Source: a bacterium
Lineage (GTDB): Bacteria; Desulfobacterota; JAPLJL01
NCBI GenBank assembly: GCA_028713675.1
Contig: JAQTNV010000011.1
Span: 4,411 to 68,410 of the forward strand
DNA: 64,000 nt
Direction of reading: 5' to 3'
The notes beneath the pieces were generated by a model that searched no databases, was not told where the DNA came from, and worked only from the letters and a program-made list of their open reading frames with translations. The translations under genes and the position numbers were made by a program. Below, piece by piece: positions 16,991-26,925 of the stretch; the stretch's first letter is position 1, and every line of letters starts with the position of its first letter.

Positions 16991-17461
16991 AACTTTTTTC
17001 AGCATCCTGGCCGTCTTGGCCAGCTCCGCCGGGTCCCGCATCCGGACGAGTTCCCCCGGGGCTTCCTGGATCTTCTCCAGGGCGTTGAAAAAACGGTCTA
17101 GGAGATCCCCGCTATAAGTCGGGATCAGGAAAATATGCACATGCGGGATCCTCCGGCCCCGGGCATACATGCAGACAAAATCCGGTTTCAGCGTCTTGCT
17201 GATCTTGCGGGCCACCGTCCGGGCCGTCCGGAAAAGATCCATCGTCTCTTCCTCCGAAAGATCGTGCCACCAGACCACGTGCCGCTTCGAGATCACCAGG
17301 CAATGCCCCTGGGCGAAGGGGAAAATGTCCAGGATCGCGAGGGAATGTTTGCCCTCGTGAACCCGGTGGGCCCGGGCTTTCCCCGCGACGATATCGCAAA
17401 AAGCGCATTTCTTACCGTGGGTTGCCGCCATAATTTTTCCTTTCCTCCCGGTTACTTTCAT
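16982..17461 (-). CDS. HIT family (histidine triad) hydrolase
   Basis: It has the HVHIFLIP histidine-triad motif. An N-terminal Cys pair (CAFCD) is typical of HIT proteins. An internal ATG at 17431 is an alternative start. Confidence 0.8.
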   Translation of the reverse strand: MKVTGRKGKIMAATHGKKCAFCDIVAGKARAHRVHEGKHSLAILDIFPFAQGHCLVISKRHVVWWHDLSEEETMDLFRTARTVARKISKTLKPDFVCMYARGRRIPHVHIFLIPTYSGDLLDRFFNALEKIQEAPGELVRMRDPAELAKTARMLKKVRR

Positions 17462-17583
17462 CCGCGCCTGAATCTGACTTATGGTTCCAATTTAAAAGAA
17501 TAACCCGAAAAACCTTTTGGTTGAAGATTATCCGAACCAGGTGTAACATGGAGGAAATTTCAAACCCTTATTTTGAGAATAAC

Positions 17584-18831
17584 ATTATGAAGAGGAAAAT
17601 TTTATCCTGGAAAAATCCCTTCAATTTTCTTCGGATCAGCGTCATCCTGGGCGTTTTTCTTTTCGTCGCGCCCGGCTCTCCCGCCCTGGCCGCCGCCTCC
17701 CCGGCCAAGATTTATGAAATCCGGATGGGAACCCTGGCCCCGGCCGGGACCCCCTGGACCGTGGCCGTCGGCTTGATCGCGCCGATTATCCGGGATTATA
17801 CCGGGGGCCGGATCAAGATCATCCCCCTCACCTCCGGATTGATGGGAAACGATCTCGAGGTCCTGGAAAAAATCCGGCAGGACCAGCTGGAAGGCTGCGG
17901 CTGCAACGCCGCCGGGCTCTTCGAGGTCGCCCCTGAGCTCTCCGTCTTCTCCCTTCCTTTTCTCTTCTCTTCCTTCGATGAGGTGGAATACGTGCTCAAT
18001 CACCTCCGGCCCGAAATCGACCGGATCCTGGAGAGCAAGGGCTTCGCCCGGGGAGCTTTCGTGGACGCGGGGTTTTACTTTTTTTACTCCCGGCTGGATC
18101 CTTCCTCCCTCGACAAAATCCGCCGGCAGAGAACCGGCAGCTTCTGGGGCAGCTTTGAGCTCATCACCCTGAAGGCAATCGGTATCGATCCGATCCCCCT
18201 CAACCTGGCCGAGATCACCGCCGACATCCAGGGGAAGAAGTTCGACGGCACCCTCGCCCCCGCCTCGGGGGTCCTCGGGGTCCAGGCCTACCCCTTCTTC
18301 AGATACTTCGTGGAGCAGCCCTTTTACTACACGCCCTGTGCGGCGATTTTTTCCCGGAAAACCTTCGAGCGCATCGAATCCGGCCTCCGGAAAGACCCCG
18401 GGGAATTCCAGCGCCTGAAGACCGATTTCGAGAATTTCAAAAGGCTCACCAGCCCGGACGACTACCTCCGCCACCAGGGGGTCACGGACAAGTCGATCTG
18501 GCAGATGGGAGAAGAAGTATTCTCCTGGCTCCAGGGGCAGGAATTGAAATCCCCCGGGGACCTGGCCCCCCTGGTTCTGAACACCACCCGCATGGCCGAG
18601 AAAAACTGGGGCAGCCTCCTCCGCACCTTCGAAGAGCAGACCCAGCAGGGTTTCGTCCGGAGGGGGATGAAACCGGTCCGGCTCAGCGACGCCGACATGA
18701 AAAGCTTCCAGGAGCTCTCCCGGAAGCTCCAGGATGACCTGGCCGGGAAGCGCTATCCCCGGGAACTGCTGGAAAAAATCCTCCAGCTCAAGAAGGAATT
18801 CAACGAGAAAGCCCTGCAGGAGATTTACTAA
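17584..18831 (+). CDS. TRAP transporter substrate-binding protein (DctP family), orphan
   Basis: It has a signal peptide and the IRMGTLAPAGTPW block. Overall DctP-like length is present. No dctQM genes are adjacent. Confidence 0.7.
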   Translation: MMKRKILSWKNPFNFLRISVILGVFLFVAPGSPALAAASPAKIYEIRMGTLAPAGTPWTVAVGLIAPIIRDYTGGRIKIIPLTSGLMGNDLEVLEKIRQDQLEGCGCNAAGLFEVAPELSVFSLPFLFSSFDEVEYVLNHLRPEIDRILESKGFARGAFVDAGFYFFYSRLDPSSLDKIRRQRTGSFWGSFELITLKAIGIDPIPLNLAEITADIQGKKFDGTLAPASGVLGVQAYPFFRYFVEQPFYYTPCAAIFSRKTFERIESGLRKDPGEFQRLKTDFENFKRLTSPDDYLRHQGVTDKSIWQMGEEVFSWLQGQELKSPGDLAPLVLNTTRMAEKNWGSLLRTFEEQTQQGFVRRGMKPVRLSDADMKSFQELSRKLQDDLAGKRYPRELLEKILQLKKEFNEKALQEIY

Positions 18832-18862
18832 AGGTAGACGGTAGACGGCAGACCCTAGACGG
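18832..18862 (+). repeat. GGTAGAC heptamer array immediately after stop codon
   Basis: The sequence is TAAaGGTAGACGGTAGACGGCAGACCCTAGACGGGGAAAACC, about 80% identical to 5446-5482. Confidence 0.6.
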
Positions 18863-18905
18863 GGAAAACCTGAGCCCGGTTCCGGGTTTAAAGTTCACGG
18901 TTCAA

Positions 18906-18968
18906 AGTTAAATTGATGTCATCCTGAGCCCGCCCCCGGCGGGAGAAGGATCTCGCTTTTATCTTTTC
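18906..18968 (+). terminator. GTCATCCTGAG...GAAGGATC hairpin element followed by T-tract (likely terminator of the TRAP SBP gene)
   Basis: Nested stems ATCCT/AGGAT and GCCCGCC/GGCGGG are followed by CTCGCTTTTATCTTTTCGG. Family members occur at 36071-36210, 40209-40236 (-) and 55948-55972. Confidence 0.5.
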
Positions 18969-19015
18969 GGTTCTTTGTCTTCGACCCTATCTCCTATCTC
19001 CGATCTCCTATCTTC

Positions 19016-20659
19016 CTACTCAAGTATCGCCCCCTTCGCGGCGGAGCTGACCATCCGGACATATCTCTGCATGTAGCCGGCCGGCAACTTTTTCGGTTTC
19101 GGTTTCCAGTCCTTCAATCGCTCCCGGATTTCATCATCGGTCAGCCTGACCTCCAGGGTCCTTCCGGGAATGTCGATCGCGATTTTATCGCCTTCCCGCA
19201 CGGCGGCAATGGGGCCGCCCACGCAGGCCTCGGGAGAAACGTGCCCGACGCAGGGTCCGGAGGTGGCCCCGGAAAACCTCCCGTCCGTCACCAGCGCCAC
19301 CCGCTTGAACCCGGCGAGGTCCAGGCCCATCGTTACCGCCAGGGTCTCCGGCATCCCCGGCCCGCCCCGGGGGCCCTCGTTGCGGATCACGATCACGTCC
19401 CCGTCATTGATGTTCCCCTCGCGGATCGCCGCCAGGCAATCGGCTTCCGCCTCGAAAACCCGCGCCCGGCCGACAAACCGGTGCATTTCCGGGTCGACCG
19501 CTGACTGCTTGATCACCGCCCCTTCCGGGGCCAGGTTCCCGAACAGCACCACCAGGCCCCCCTCCGGGTAAAAGGGCTTGTTCCGGGGACGGATCACGTT
19601 CTCGTCCAGCACGCTGGCCCGGTTCAAAACGTCGCCCAGCTTTTCCCCCGTCACGGTCCGGGCGTCCAGGAAGAGATCGTCGGCCAGCACCTTCATCACC
19701 GCGAGGACTCCACCGGCCTGGTAGAGGTCTTGGAGCCCATGGGGACCGCAGGGCGAGATTCCGCACAGGGTGGGGATCTCCCGGTTCAGCTCGTTGATTT
19801 TGGCCAGGGGCAGATCGACCCCGATTTCGTGGGCGATCGCCGGCAGGTGCAGGATAGAATTGGTGGAGCCCCCGATCGCCAGGTCCACCGAGAGGGCATT
19901 GTCGATCGCCTTCCAGGAAAGGATCTTCCGGGCCGTAAGCCCCTCTTCCACCATCTCCACGATCCGTTTGCCCGTCCTCCGGGCCCAGAGCAGCTTGTCG
20001 GCGTGAAAAGCGGGAACATTGGCGGAACCCGGGAGCGAAAGCCCGAGGGCCTCGACCAAGCACTGGAAGGTGTTGGCGGTCCCCATCACCTCGCAGGATC
20101 CGCAGGTGGCGCAGGTGGCCACCGCCATTTTGTCCCGGAGATCTTCGTAATCACGGTGGGAGATGCTGCCCTTCATCCGGGGGCTGAACCGGATCTGGAA
20201 GGAACCCGGTCCGCCGGTCAGGAAAATCGTGGCCAGGTCCAGGCGGGCCGCGGCCATGATCATTCCCGGGATGATTTTGTCGCAGGAGGCAATCATCACC
20301 ATCCCGTCGAAAAGCATGCTTCGGGTGTGGATCTCGATCATATCGGCGATCAGTTCCCGCTGGGGCAGGACAAAGCGCATCCCCTCGTTCCCTTCCGTGA
20401 GGCCGTCGCAGGGGGCGGGCACGTTGAATTCAAAGGGAATGCCCCCGGCGGCCTGGATCCCCTCTTTGACCCTCTCGGCCAGCTGCCGGAGGTGCATATG
20501 CCCGGGGTTAAACTCGGTCTGGGAATTCGCCACCGCGATAATCGGCTTTTCCGCCAGTTCTTCGACGTCCACCCCCGTTCCCTTCAGGATGGAAAGCCGA
20601 ACCGCGCTGATGGGGAAATCGCCGGTATCAAAGATCGGCCCGCTCTTGGGTTTCTTCAT
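19016..20659 (-). CDS. ilvD: dihydroxy-acid dehydratase
   Basis: It shows full-length similarity to IlvD/EDD family signatures (CDKIIPG, Cys ligands, SGGPGM-like blocks). Confidence 0.9.
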   Translation of the reverse strand: MKKPKSGPIFDTGDFPISAVRLSILKGTGVDVEELAEKPIIAVANSQTEFNPGHMHLRQLAERVKEGIQAAGGIPFEFNVPAPCDGLTEGNEGMRFVLPQRELIADMIEIHTRSMLFDGMVMIASCDKIIPGMIMAAARLDLATIFLTGGPGSFQIRFSPRMKGSISHRDYEDLRDKMAVATCATCGSCEVMGTANTFQCLVEALGLSLPGSANVPAFHADKLLWARRTGKRIVEMVEEGLTARKILSWKAIDNALSVDLAIGGSTNSILHLPAIAHEIGVDLPLAKINELNREIPTLCGISPCGPHGLQDLYQAGGVLAVMKVLADDLFLDARTVTGEKLGDVLNRASVLDENVIRPRNKPFYPEGGLVVLFGNLAPEGAVIKQSAVDPEMHRFVGRARVFEAEADCLAAIREGNINDGDVIVIRNEGPRGGPGMPETLAVTMGLDLAGFKRVALVTDGRFSGATSGPCVGHVSPEACVGGPIAAVREGDKIAIDIPGRTLEVRLTDDEIRERLKDWKPKPKKLPAGYMQRYVRMVSSAAKGAILE

Positions 20660-20689
20660 AATTTCTCCTCTTCAGATAAAAACAGGCCA

Positions 20690-20850
20690 AACGTCTTGGT
20701 CGAGTTCAAAGTTCACGGTTCAAGGTTCAAGAATCGTAGGGGAGGGCCTCGTGCCCTCCCAAATAATCTTTTTTTTCAGGCGGGGATAAACCCCGCCCCT
20801 ACATAATTAAAATTTCAAACCTTGAACTGTGAACCTGGAACGTTGAACCT
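20690..20850. repeat. inverted pair of GTTCAAG-type heptamer arrays bracketing two GC-rich hairpins
   Basis: GTTCAAAGTTCACGGTTCAAGGTTCAAG pairs with CTTGAACTGTGAACCTGGAACGTTGAACC. The central hairpins are GGGAGGGC/GCCCTCCC and GGCGGGG/CCCCGCC. Confidence 0.6.
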
Positions 20851-20864
20851 CTATTCCTTTGATT

Positions 20865-21629
20865 TTACAACTGTTTCACAAATACCGCCGTTTCGATCAA
20901 CGCCACCAGGTTGATGAACGCGTGCATCATGATCGGCAGATAAACCGATCCGCTCCGGAACCGGGCCCAGCCCAGCATGATCCCGAAAGCAAAAATGGTG
21001 ATCATCCCGTACAAATCATATTGGAAATGAATCACCGCCCAGGCCAGGGCGCAAAACACCACTGCTCCCCCGGGGCCGAGCCGGGAATGCCTGATTCCCT
21101 GGAAAAGGAACCCCCGGAAAAATACCTCCTCGAAAAACGGCGCGGCCACAACAAGAACAAAGGCCAGCAGGGGCCAGAAACGCGCGGTTTTATAAACATT
21201 CACCATGAAATCCGCGACCTGGGAACTGAAGCAATAAAGAAAAACATCCGAGGCCACGATCGCCGCCGCCGTGATCACCAGCCATTTGATCAGGTCCCAG
21301 GGCGCCGGCCTGACCAGGCCGAGATAATCCCTGACCGGAAAATCCCGGCGGAGCCGGGCGAATACAAATATCAGCGCGGAGGCCAGCGGGACGGAAACAA
21401 CCTCCGCCAGCGAAAAAAAATACCCCATCCAGGGAAAATTTTTCGGGTCCAGCGCTCTCCAGCCGTCCGGGTAATATTTTTCCGCGAGGCCGAAGTTGAC
21501 CAGGACCTGCGCCAGGGAATAAACCGCCATTACCGCCAGGGAAAAACCCAGCGTCGCCCACAATCCCCAGGGACCCGGTTTTTTCACTTCCGGGATGTCG
21601 ATTGATTCATTCATTAAAGTGCGGATCAA
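20865..21629 (-). CDS. CPBP family intramembrane glutamic endopeptidase (CAAX protease-like)
   Basis: It has the EE-x3-R motif (FFEEVFFRGFL) and H-x3-N (HAFIN) within a polytopic membrane protein. Confidence 0.8.
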   Translation of the reverse strand: MIRTLMNESIDIPEVKKPGPWGLWATLGFSLAVMAVYSLAQVLVNFGLAEKYYPDGWRALDPKNFPWMGYFFSLAEVVSVPLASALIFVFARLRRDFPVRDYLGLVRPAPWDLIKWLVITAAAIVASDVFLYCFSSQVADFMVNVYKTARFWPLLAFVLVVAAPFFEEVFFRGFLFQGIRHSRLGPGGAVVFCALAWAVIHFQYDLYGMITIFAFGIMLGWARFRSGSVYLPIMMHAFINLVALIETAVFVKQL

Positions 21630-21740
21630 TGGCCCCTTAATTATTTTTCGTCTTTCGTTATGGATACGCGGCTATTCTTTTTCCAACCACCCAGCCACCC
21701 AACCACCAAGCCACCTTCTTTTTTTGTTCTCTGTGCCTGG

Positions 21741-22415
21741 TTATTTGTATGTATTTAAATACCCCTGGATGTAACGCCGGACCGATTCGGCCGGCTGGTA
21801 GATTCCGAAATGGCCCTCGCAGAGGATATCCGGCTTCAATTCGAGGATTTTCTGCATGCTGGCCCTCCAGGCGTTGAGATCGGAACGGAAGCTCAGGTCA
21901 AAGGGCCCGTGGATGTCCTGCCCGAAAAGAATCTTTTTGCCTCCGGTCTCCAGCAGGGCTACCATCGAACCGGGGGTATGGCCGGGGGTGTGAATCAGCT
22001 CCAGCTCCCCCCCGGCGAACTTGAGCTTCTCCCTCTCGCCGATGACCACCTTGTCCAGCTTAATTTTTTTCAGTTTAATTCCGTACCAGCTGGAAGCCGT
22101 GAAAGCCGGATCCCCGCTCTCGATGAACGGGGCGTCTTCAGCGTGCGCCACCAGCCGGCAGCCGGATTCCTCCTTAACCTGGCGGGCGGCCCCGATATGG
22201 TCCACGTGGCCGTGGGTCAGGATGACAGTGTGAATATGGTCAGGATTAAATCCGGCGGCGAGGATATTGTCCCGGATCCGGGGCCAGCCCGGCCCCGCCC
22301 CGCAATCCACCAGGACCAGATCCCCGAGGTCGGCCAGGTAAACCAGGCAGTCCCGGTCGTCGGAAAGGTCGCTCCCCCCCACCAGGTAAACCCCTTCGCA
22401 AACCTTGCTGGACAT
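21741..22415 (-). CDS. MBL-fold metallo-hydrolase
   Basis: It has the ILTHGHVDHIG metal-binding motif. Confidence 0.8.
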   Translation of the reverse strand: MSSKVCEGVYLVGGSDLSDDRDCLVYLADLGDLVLVDCGAGPGWPRIRDNILAAGFNPDHIHTVILTHGHVDHIGAARQVKEESGCRLVAHAEDAPFIESGDPAFTASSWYGIKLKKIKLDKVVIGEREKLKFAGGELELIHTPGHTPGSMVALLETGGKKILFGQDIHGPFDLSFRSDLNAWRASMQKILELKPDILCEGHFGIYQPAESVRRYIQGYLNTYK

Positions 22416-22491
22416 GGATTTTTATTATATCAAATACCTGCGGGGGATGGCTCAATTTTCGCTTTTAGAATAAAATTTAAACCATATACAA

Positions 22492-23667
22492 ATGTCTAAA
22501 ATCGACTCAACTCTATCCAGACTGAAGGCGGAATACCCCGAACTCACGCCCGGGCATATCCGGCTGATGCAGTTTTACTCCAACCCCGCCCTGGCCGGTC
22601 CGCGGATCACCCCCGAGCTCGCCGCCCTGGTCCGCCACCTTTTTACCGACGAGGAAGCCGAGGTCGCCCAGCATCTGGAAATCGGCCGGGGCCGGGACAC
22701 GGGCTACGTCGCCCGGCACGCCCACCGGCCTCTGGACGAGGTCGAAAAGATTCTTGCCCGCCTGGCGGACGAGAAACGCGCCCTCCTCTCCCTGGAGCCT
22801 GAGAATAAGCCTAAAAACTACCGGCTCATGCCCCTGATGCCGGGCACGTTCGAGATGGCCCTGATGGAAGGCAAGGAAGACGAATGGCACAAGGAATTCG
22901 GCCGGCTGTACGACGTCCTCTACAACACCGGCTACATCAAGGAGGTCCTGAACGTCCCGGTTCCCTTCGCCCGTTTCATCCCGGTGGAGCAGACCATCGA
23001 AGCCGCGCCCATGGCCATCCCCTCCGACCGCCTGGCGGAAATGATCAAGAGCACCAAGAGCCTGGCCCTGGGTGTCTGCGTCTGCCGCCAGGCCCGGAAC
23101 TGGGAAGGGCACGACCAGGACCTGCCGCGTGAAACCTGCCTGACGCTCGGGAGCCTGGCCGAGTTCATGATCACCCGGGGCATCATGCGCCGGACCGACC
23201 AGTCGGAGGCCATCGAGATCAAGCGGCGGGCCAACGAGGCGGGGCTCGCCACCCTCTCCATCAACGTCAACTTCGATAACCCCAATTTCAGCTGTTCCTG
23301 CTGCGGGGACTGCTGCGTCGCCCTCCGCTCCCTCACCCAGTTCAACACCCCCGGCATCGTCGCCCCGCCCCATTTCCTCCCGATCCGCGAGGTAAAAACC
23401 TGCACCCAGTGCCAGAAATGCGTCAAACGCTGCCCCACGAAAGCCCACGTCCTTTCCGATAAGAAATGGACTTTCAAGAAAGAGAGATGCATCGGCTGCG
23501 GCCTCTGCGCCTCCTCCTGCCCGACCAAATCCATGACCATGCAGCCGGTGAAAAACTACCGCCGTCCCCCGGCCGACTATCTCCGCTTCGGCCTCAACCT
23601 CGGCCGCCACATTTTTCCGGGTTACATCAAGTATGTCCTGAGGGAAAAGAAACTGACGTTCCGGTAG
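22492..23667 (+). CDS. 4Fe-4S dicluster domain protein (paralog of 28406..29506)
   Basis: It has two C-x2-C-x2-C-x3-CP ferredoxin motifs near the C-terminus and a Cys-rich middle region (CSCCGDCC). About 35% identical to the paralog. Confidence 0.6.
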   Translation: MSKIDSTLSRLKAEYPELTPGHIRLMQFYSNPALAGPRITPELAALVRHLFTDEEAEVAQHLEIGRGRDTGYVARHAHRPLDEVEKILARLADEKRALLSLEPENKPKNYRLMPLMPGTFEMALMEGKEDEWHKEFGRLYDVLYNTGYIKEVLNVPVPFARFIPVEQTIEAAPMAIPSDRLAEMIKSTKSLALGVCVCRQARNWEGHDQDLPRETCLTLGSLAEFMITRGIMRRTDQSEAIEIKRRANEAGLATLSINVNFDNPNFSCSCCGDCCVALRSLTQFNTPGIVAPPHFLPIREVKTCTQCQKCVKRCPTKAHVLSDKKWTFKKERCIGCGLCASSCPTKSMTMQPVKNYRRPPADYLRFGLNLGRHIFPGYIKYVLREKKLTFR

Positions 23668-23763
23668 CAACCAGTAGCAGGTAGCCGAAGACCAGTAACA
23701 GGTAACATCTTTCCGGACAGGCGGGAGCGCGCCAAAACATCTTTAAGTTGTAGGTGAAAACAG

Positions 23764-23786
23764 GTAGCCGCAGCCTTTAGGCTGCG
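23764..23786 (+). repeat. post-stop hairpin motif (copy 2, GTAGCCGCAGCCTTTAGGCTGCG)
   Basis: It matches 11824-11848 with A->G and T->C compensatory changes that keep the stem. Confidence 0.55.
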
Positions 23787-23864
23787 TGTAGTGGTCAAAC
23801 CTAATCGATTCAATAAATAAGAGGCATGCATCTAGCCTGATAATAGGCAACAACAGGAGTCAGA

Positions 23865-24251
23865 ATGATTGAAATATTAATATTTATAAGCACATTTACG
23901 CTGGATTATATCCTTAAAGCAATTTTTGTCGGGATTTCATTCTTTGCCATATTCGGCCATAGGATAAAAACCCCGTTTAGCCGAAAAGCATTTTTCATTC
24001 TCATAATAATTTTCGCTTTACTCGATTTATATGGACTTCCCGCTATCATTTGCCTAGACGCAACAATGACTATTAATAATGCAAATATCGCGAATATTCT
24101 TCATATAAATGGACCTGTGGGCATGGGAGAGTTTTTTTCTCCCGGCTGGTTTGATTTTTTCGTCTGGGTTATTCAAGCCTTGATCGGACATTATGCAGGA
24201 ACCCGTGTTTATCAAAAACTCCGCGGAAAATTTCAAGAAGCTAATACTTGA
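23865..24251 (+). CDS. hypothetical membrane protein in low-GC island
   Basis: It has 3-4 predicted TM helices. Local GC is about 35% against about 60% genome-wide. No family is recognised. Confidence 0.3.
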   Translation: MIEILIFISTFTLDYILKAIFVGISFFAIFGHRIKTPFSRKAFFILIIIFALLDLYGLPAIICLDATMTINNANIANILHINGPVGMGEFFSPGWFDFFVWVIQALIGHYAGTRVYQKLRGKFQEANT

Positions 24252-24332
24252 ATCCATTTTCGCTGAAGAAGCTTTTACAGATTTTGAACTTTGCTCTGTC
24301 ATTTTGATCTTTGATTTTTAATATTCGAATTT

Positions 24333-26438
24333 ATGTCTAATCGCTTAGCCGCCGAGAAAAGCCCCTACCTGCTCCAACACGCGGACAATCCCGTGGACTG
24401 GCACCCCTGGGGCCCCGAGGCTTTCGACCGGGCCCGCGTGGAAGACAAGCCGGTCTTTCTCTCCATCGGCTACTCCACCTGCCACTGGTGCCACGTGATG
24501 GAGCGCGAGTCCTTCCAGGACCCGGAAACCGCCGGCCTGATCAACGAGGTTTTTATCCCGGTCAAGGTGGACCGGGAGGAACGGCCGGACCTCGACAATA
24601 TTTACATGACCGTCTGCCAGATGATGACCGGCCAGGGCGGCTGGCCCCTGACGATTTTCCTGACCCCGGACAGAAAGCCCTTTTTCGCCGGCACCTACAT
24701 TCCCCGGAAAAAAACCTTCGGACGGATGGGCCTCTCCGAACTTATCCCGCGGATCCGGGAGCTCTGGAAAAACCGGCGCCCGGAGCTGGTCTCCTCCGCG
24801 GAAGAATTGGTCTCCCTGCTGAAAGAAGCCGGCCGCGATGAAAAGGGCGAGGATCTGGACGGATCTATCCTGGAACTCGCCTACCGGGCCCTGGCCCAGG
24901 ATTTCGACGACGAGTTCGGCGGGTTCGGAAAAGCCCCCAAATTCCCCACCTCCCACAACCTCTTCTTTCTCCTCCGTTACAACCAGCGCTCCGGGAAAAC
25001 CTTCGCCCTGGAAAAGGTTGAAAAAACCCTGCAGGCCATGCGGCGGGGCGGGATTTACGATCACGTGGGTTTCGGCTTCCACCGCTATTCCACCGACCAA
25101 AAATGGCTGGTTCCCCATTTTGAAAAGATGCTGTATGACCAGGCCCTGCTGGCCCTGGCCTATACCGAGGGTTACCTGGCGGCCGGGAACGAAGAATACC
25201 GGCGCACGGCCGAAGAAATATTCGCTTACGTCCTGAGAGACCTGGCCGATCCGGCCGGCGGTTTTTATTCCGCCGAAGACGCGGACAGTGAAGGGAAGGA
25301 AGGTAAATATTATCTCTGGACCGAGGAGGAAATTCGCCGGGCCCTGGACCCCGCCGAAGCCGATTTTGTCCTCCGGACTTTCAACCTGGAAAAAGACGGC
25401 AATTTCATTGATCCGCTCATCGGGGAGAAAAACGGGAAAAATATCCTCCATCTCAGGGGCCTGCTTTCCGAACCGGCATATCGGGAAAGGTGGGAAAAGG
25501 CCCGGATCACGCTCTTTAATTCCCGGGCCCGGCGGGTCCGCCCTTTCCGGGACGATAAAATCCTCACCGACTGGAACGGCCTGATGATCGCCGCCCTGGC
25601 CCGGGGGGCTCAGGCCTTCGGACTTCCGGTTTATGCGGAGGCCGGGAAAAAAGCGGCGGATTTCATTCTGAAAAATCTCCGGGACCCGGCCGGCCGCCTC
25701 CTCCACCGCTACCGGGACGGCCAGGCGGCGATTCCCGCCCAGCTTGATGATTACGCCTTCCTGATCCTGGGGCTTTACGAACTTTACGAAGCCACTTTTG
25801 AGGTCCGCTTCCTGGAAAAAGCCCTGGAGCTCTGCGGCCGGGCCATTGAATACTTCTGGGATGACCACTCCGGCGGGTTCTTCCTGACCGCGGGGGACGG
25901 GGAAGATCTGCTGATCAGGCCCAAGGAGTTTTCCGACGGCGCCATCCCCTCCGGTAATTCGGTGATGGCCCTGAACCTCCTCCGCCTGGGACGGGTCACC
26001 GCCAATCCCGATTTCGAGACCCGGGCCCAGGCCATCGGACGGGCGCTTTCCCGCGAAGCCCGGCAATCCCCCTCCGCTTTCACCTTTCTCATGACGGCGC
26101 TGGATTATGCCGTCGGACCCACGCTCGAAATCGTGATCGCCGGAAACCCCGGGCGGGAAGATACCCGGGAAATGCTCCAGGCGCTCCGGAATGAGTATCT
26201 CCCCAGCGCGGTGATCATTCTCCGTCCCACCGACGAGGATGCTCCCGGGATCGTCCGCCTGGCCGGGTTTACCCGCGAGCTTAAAAGCCAGGGGGGCCGG
26301 GCCACGGTTTATTTCTGCCAGAACTGCCGCTGCGAGCTTCCCACGACCGACCCCCGGAAGGTGCGGGAGCTGCTTTCGATCTTCAACAAAGACACCGGCC
26401 CCGCCTGCAAGTCCCCCGGGCCGAAGGATCCCGCGTAA
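24333..26438 (+). CDS. thioredoxin domain-containing protein (YyaL/DUF255 family, SPATA20-like)
   Basis: It has N-terminal [21 protein letters not shown]-terminal (alpha/alpha)6-like region follows. Confidence 0.85.
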   Translation: MSNRLAAEKSPYLLQHADNPVDWHPWGPEAFDRARVEDKPVFLSIGYSTCHWCHVMERESFQDPETAGLINEVFIPVKVDREERPDLDNIYMTVCQMMTGQGGWPLTIFLTPDRKPFFAGTYIPRKKTFGRMGLSELIPRIRELWKNRRPELVSSAEELVSLLKEAGRDEKGEDLDGSILELAYRALAQDFDDEFGGFGKAPKFPTSHNLFFLLRYNQRSGKTFALEKVEKTLQAMRRGGIYDHVGFGFHRYSTDQKWLVPHFEKMLYDQALLALAYTEGYLAAGNEEYRRTAEEIFAYVLRDLADPAGGFYSAEDADSEGKEGKYYLWTEEEIRRALDPAEADFVLRTFNLEKDGNFIDPLIGEKNGKNILHLRGLLSEPAYRERWEKARITLFNSRARRVRPFRDDKILTDWNGLMIAALARGAQAFGLPVYAEAGKKAADFILKNLRDPAGRLLHRYRDGQAAIPAQLDDYAFLILGLYELYEATFEVRFLEKALELCGRAIEYFWDDHSGGFFLTAGDGEDLLIRPKEFSDGAIPSGNSVMALNLLRLGRVTANPDFETRAQAIGRALSREARQSPSAFTFLMTALDYAVGPTLEIVIAGNPGREDTREMLQALRNEYLPSAVIILRPTDEDAPGIVRLAGFTRELKSQGGRATVYFCQNCRCELPTTDPRKVRELLSIFNKDTGPACKSPGPKDPA

Positions 26439-26541
26439 AAAACACCGGTTTTCCGAAATAACTTCATAGGCAAAGCACCCAATTGCCGATCAGTCCCCTG
26501 ACGGCCACACTTACCTTGGAGAAACACCTTAAGGAGAAAAA

Positions 26542-26733
26542 ATGGAAGATAGATCTTGCCCTAATGTCAATGAATGCACCGCCAACAGGCATTTTCACAC
26601 TAAATCCATCAGGGATGTCTTCACCACTCTCTACTGCGAAGGAAATTTTGTTAAATGCGCCCGGAAAAAACTCAAGGATAGCGGGAACCTGATTCCGGAA
26701 AAGCTCCTGCCCAACGGGCAATATGCTTCTTGA
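26542..26733 (+). CDS. small cysteine-containing hypothetical protein (63 aa)
   Basis: A strong SD (AAGGAGAAAAAATGG) precedes it. Four Cys (C6, C12, C32, C39) could form a zinc ribbon. Local GC is lower than average. Confidence 0.35.
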   Translation: MEDRSCPNVNECTANRHFHTKSIRDVFTTLYCEGNFVKCARKKLKDSGNLIPEKLLPNGQYAS

Positions 26734-26925
26734 ATTTTCCAGTCAAGCTTCCTGAGTAACCAGCCCAAGGTCATTTTAAATAATTTTCATTTCACGTCTT
26801 GAGTTGTCTTGACTTCGGACATCGGACTGAAGACTTAGGACCGTTAGGTAATTTTCTTGACAACCGGTTCGGCCCGGTGACATCATCGTTTATATAACAA
26901 ATAAATTTTCCAGAGGATGGTAACC

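Noticed and set aside
26860-26900. Sigma-70-like promoter TTGACA ... TATATAA upstream of the lipoprotein gene
   Set aside because: The -35/-10 spacing is about 28 nt, too long for a canonical promoter.
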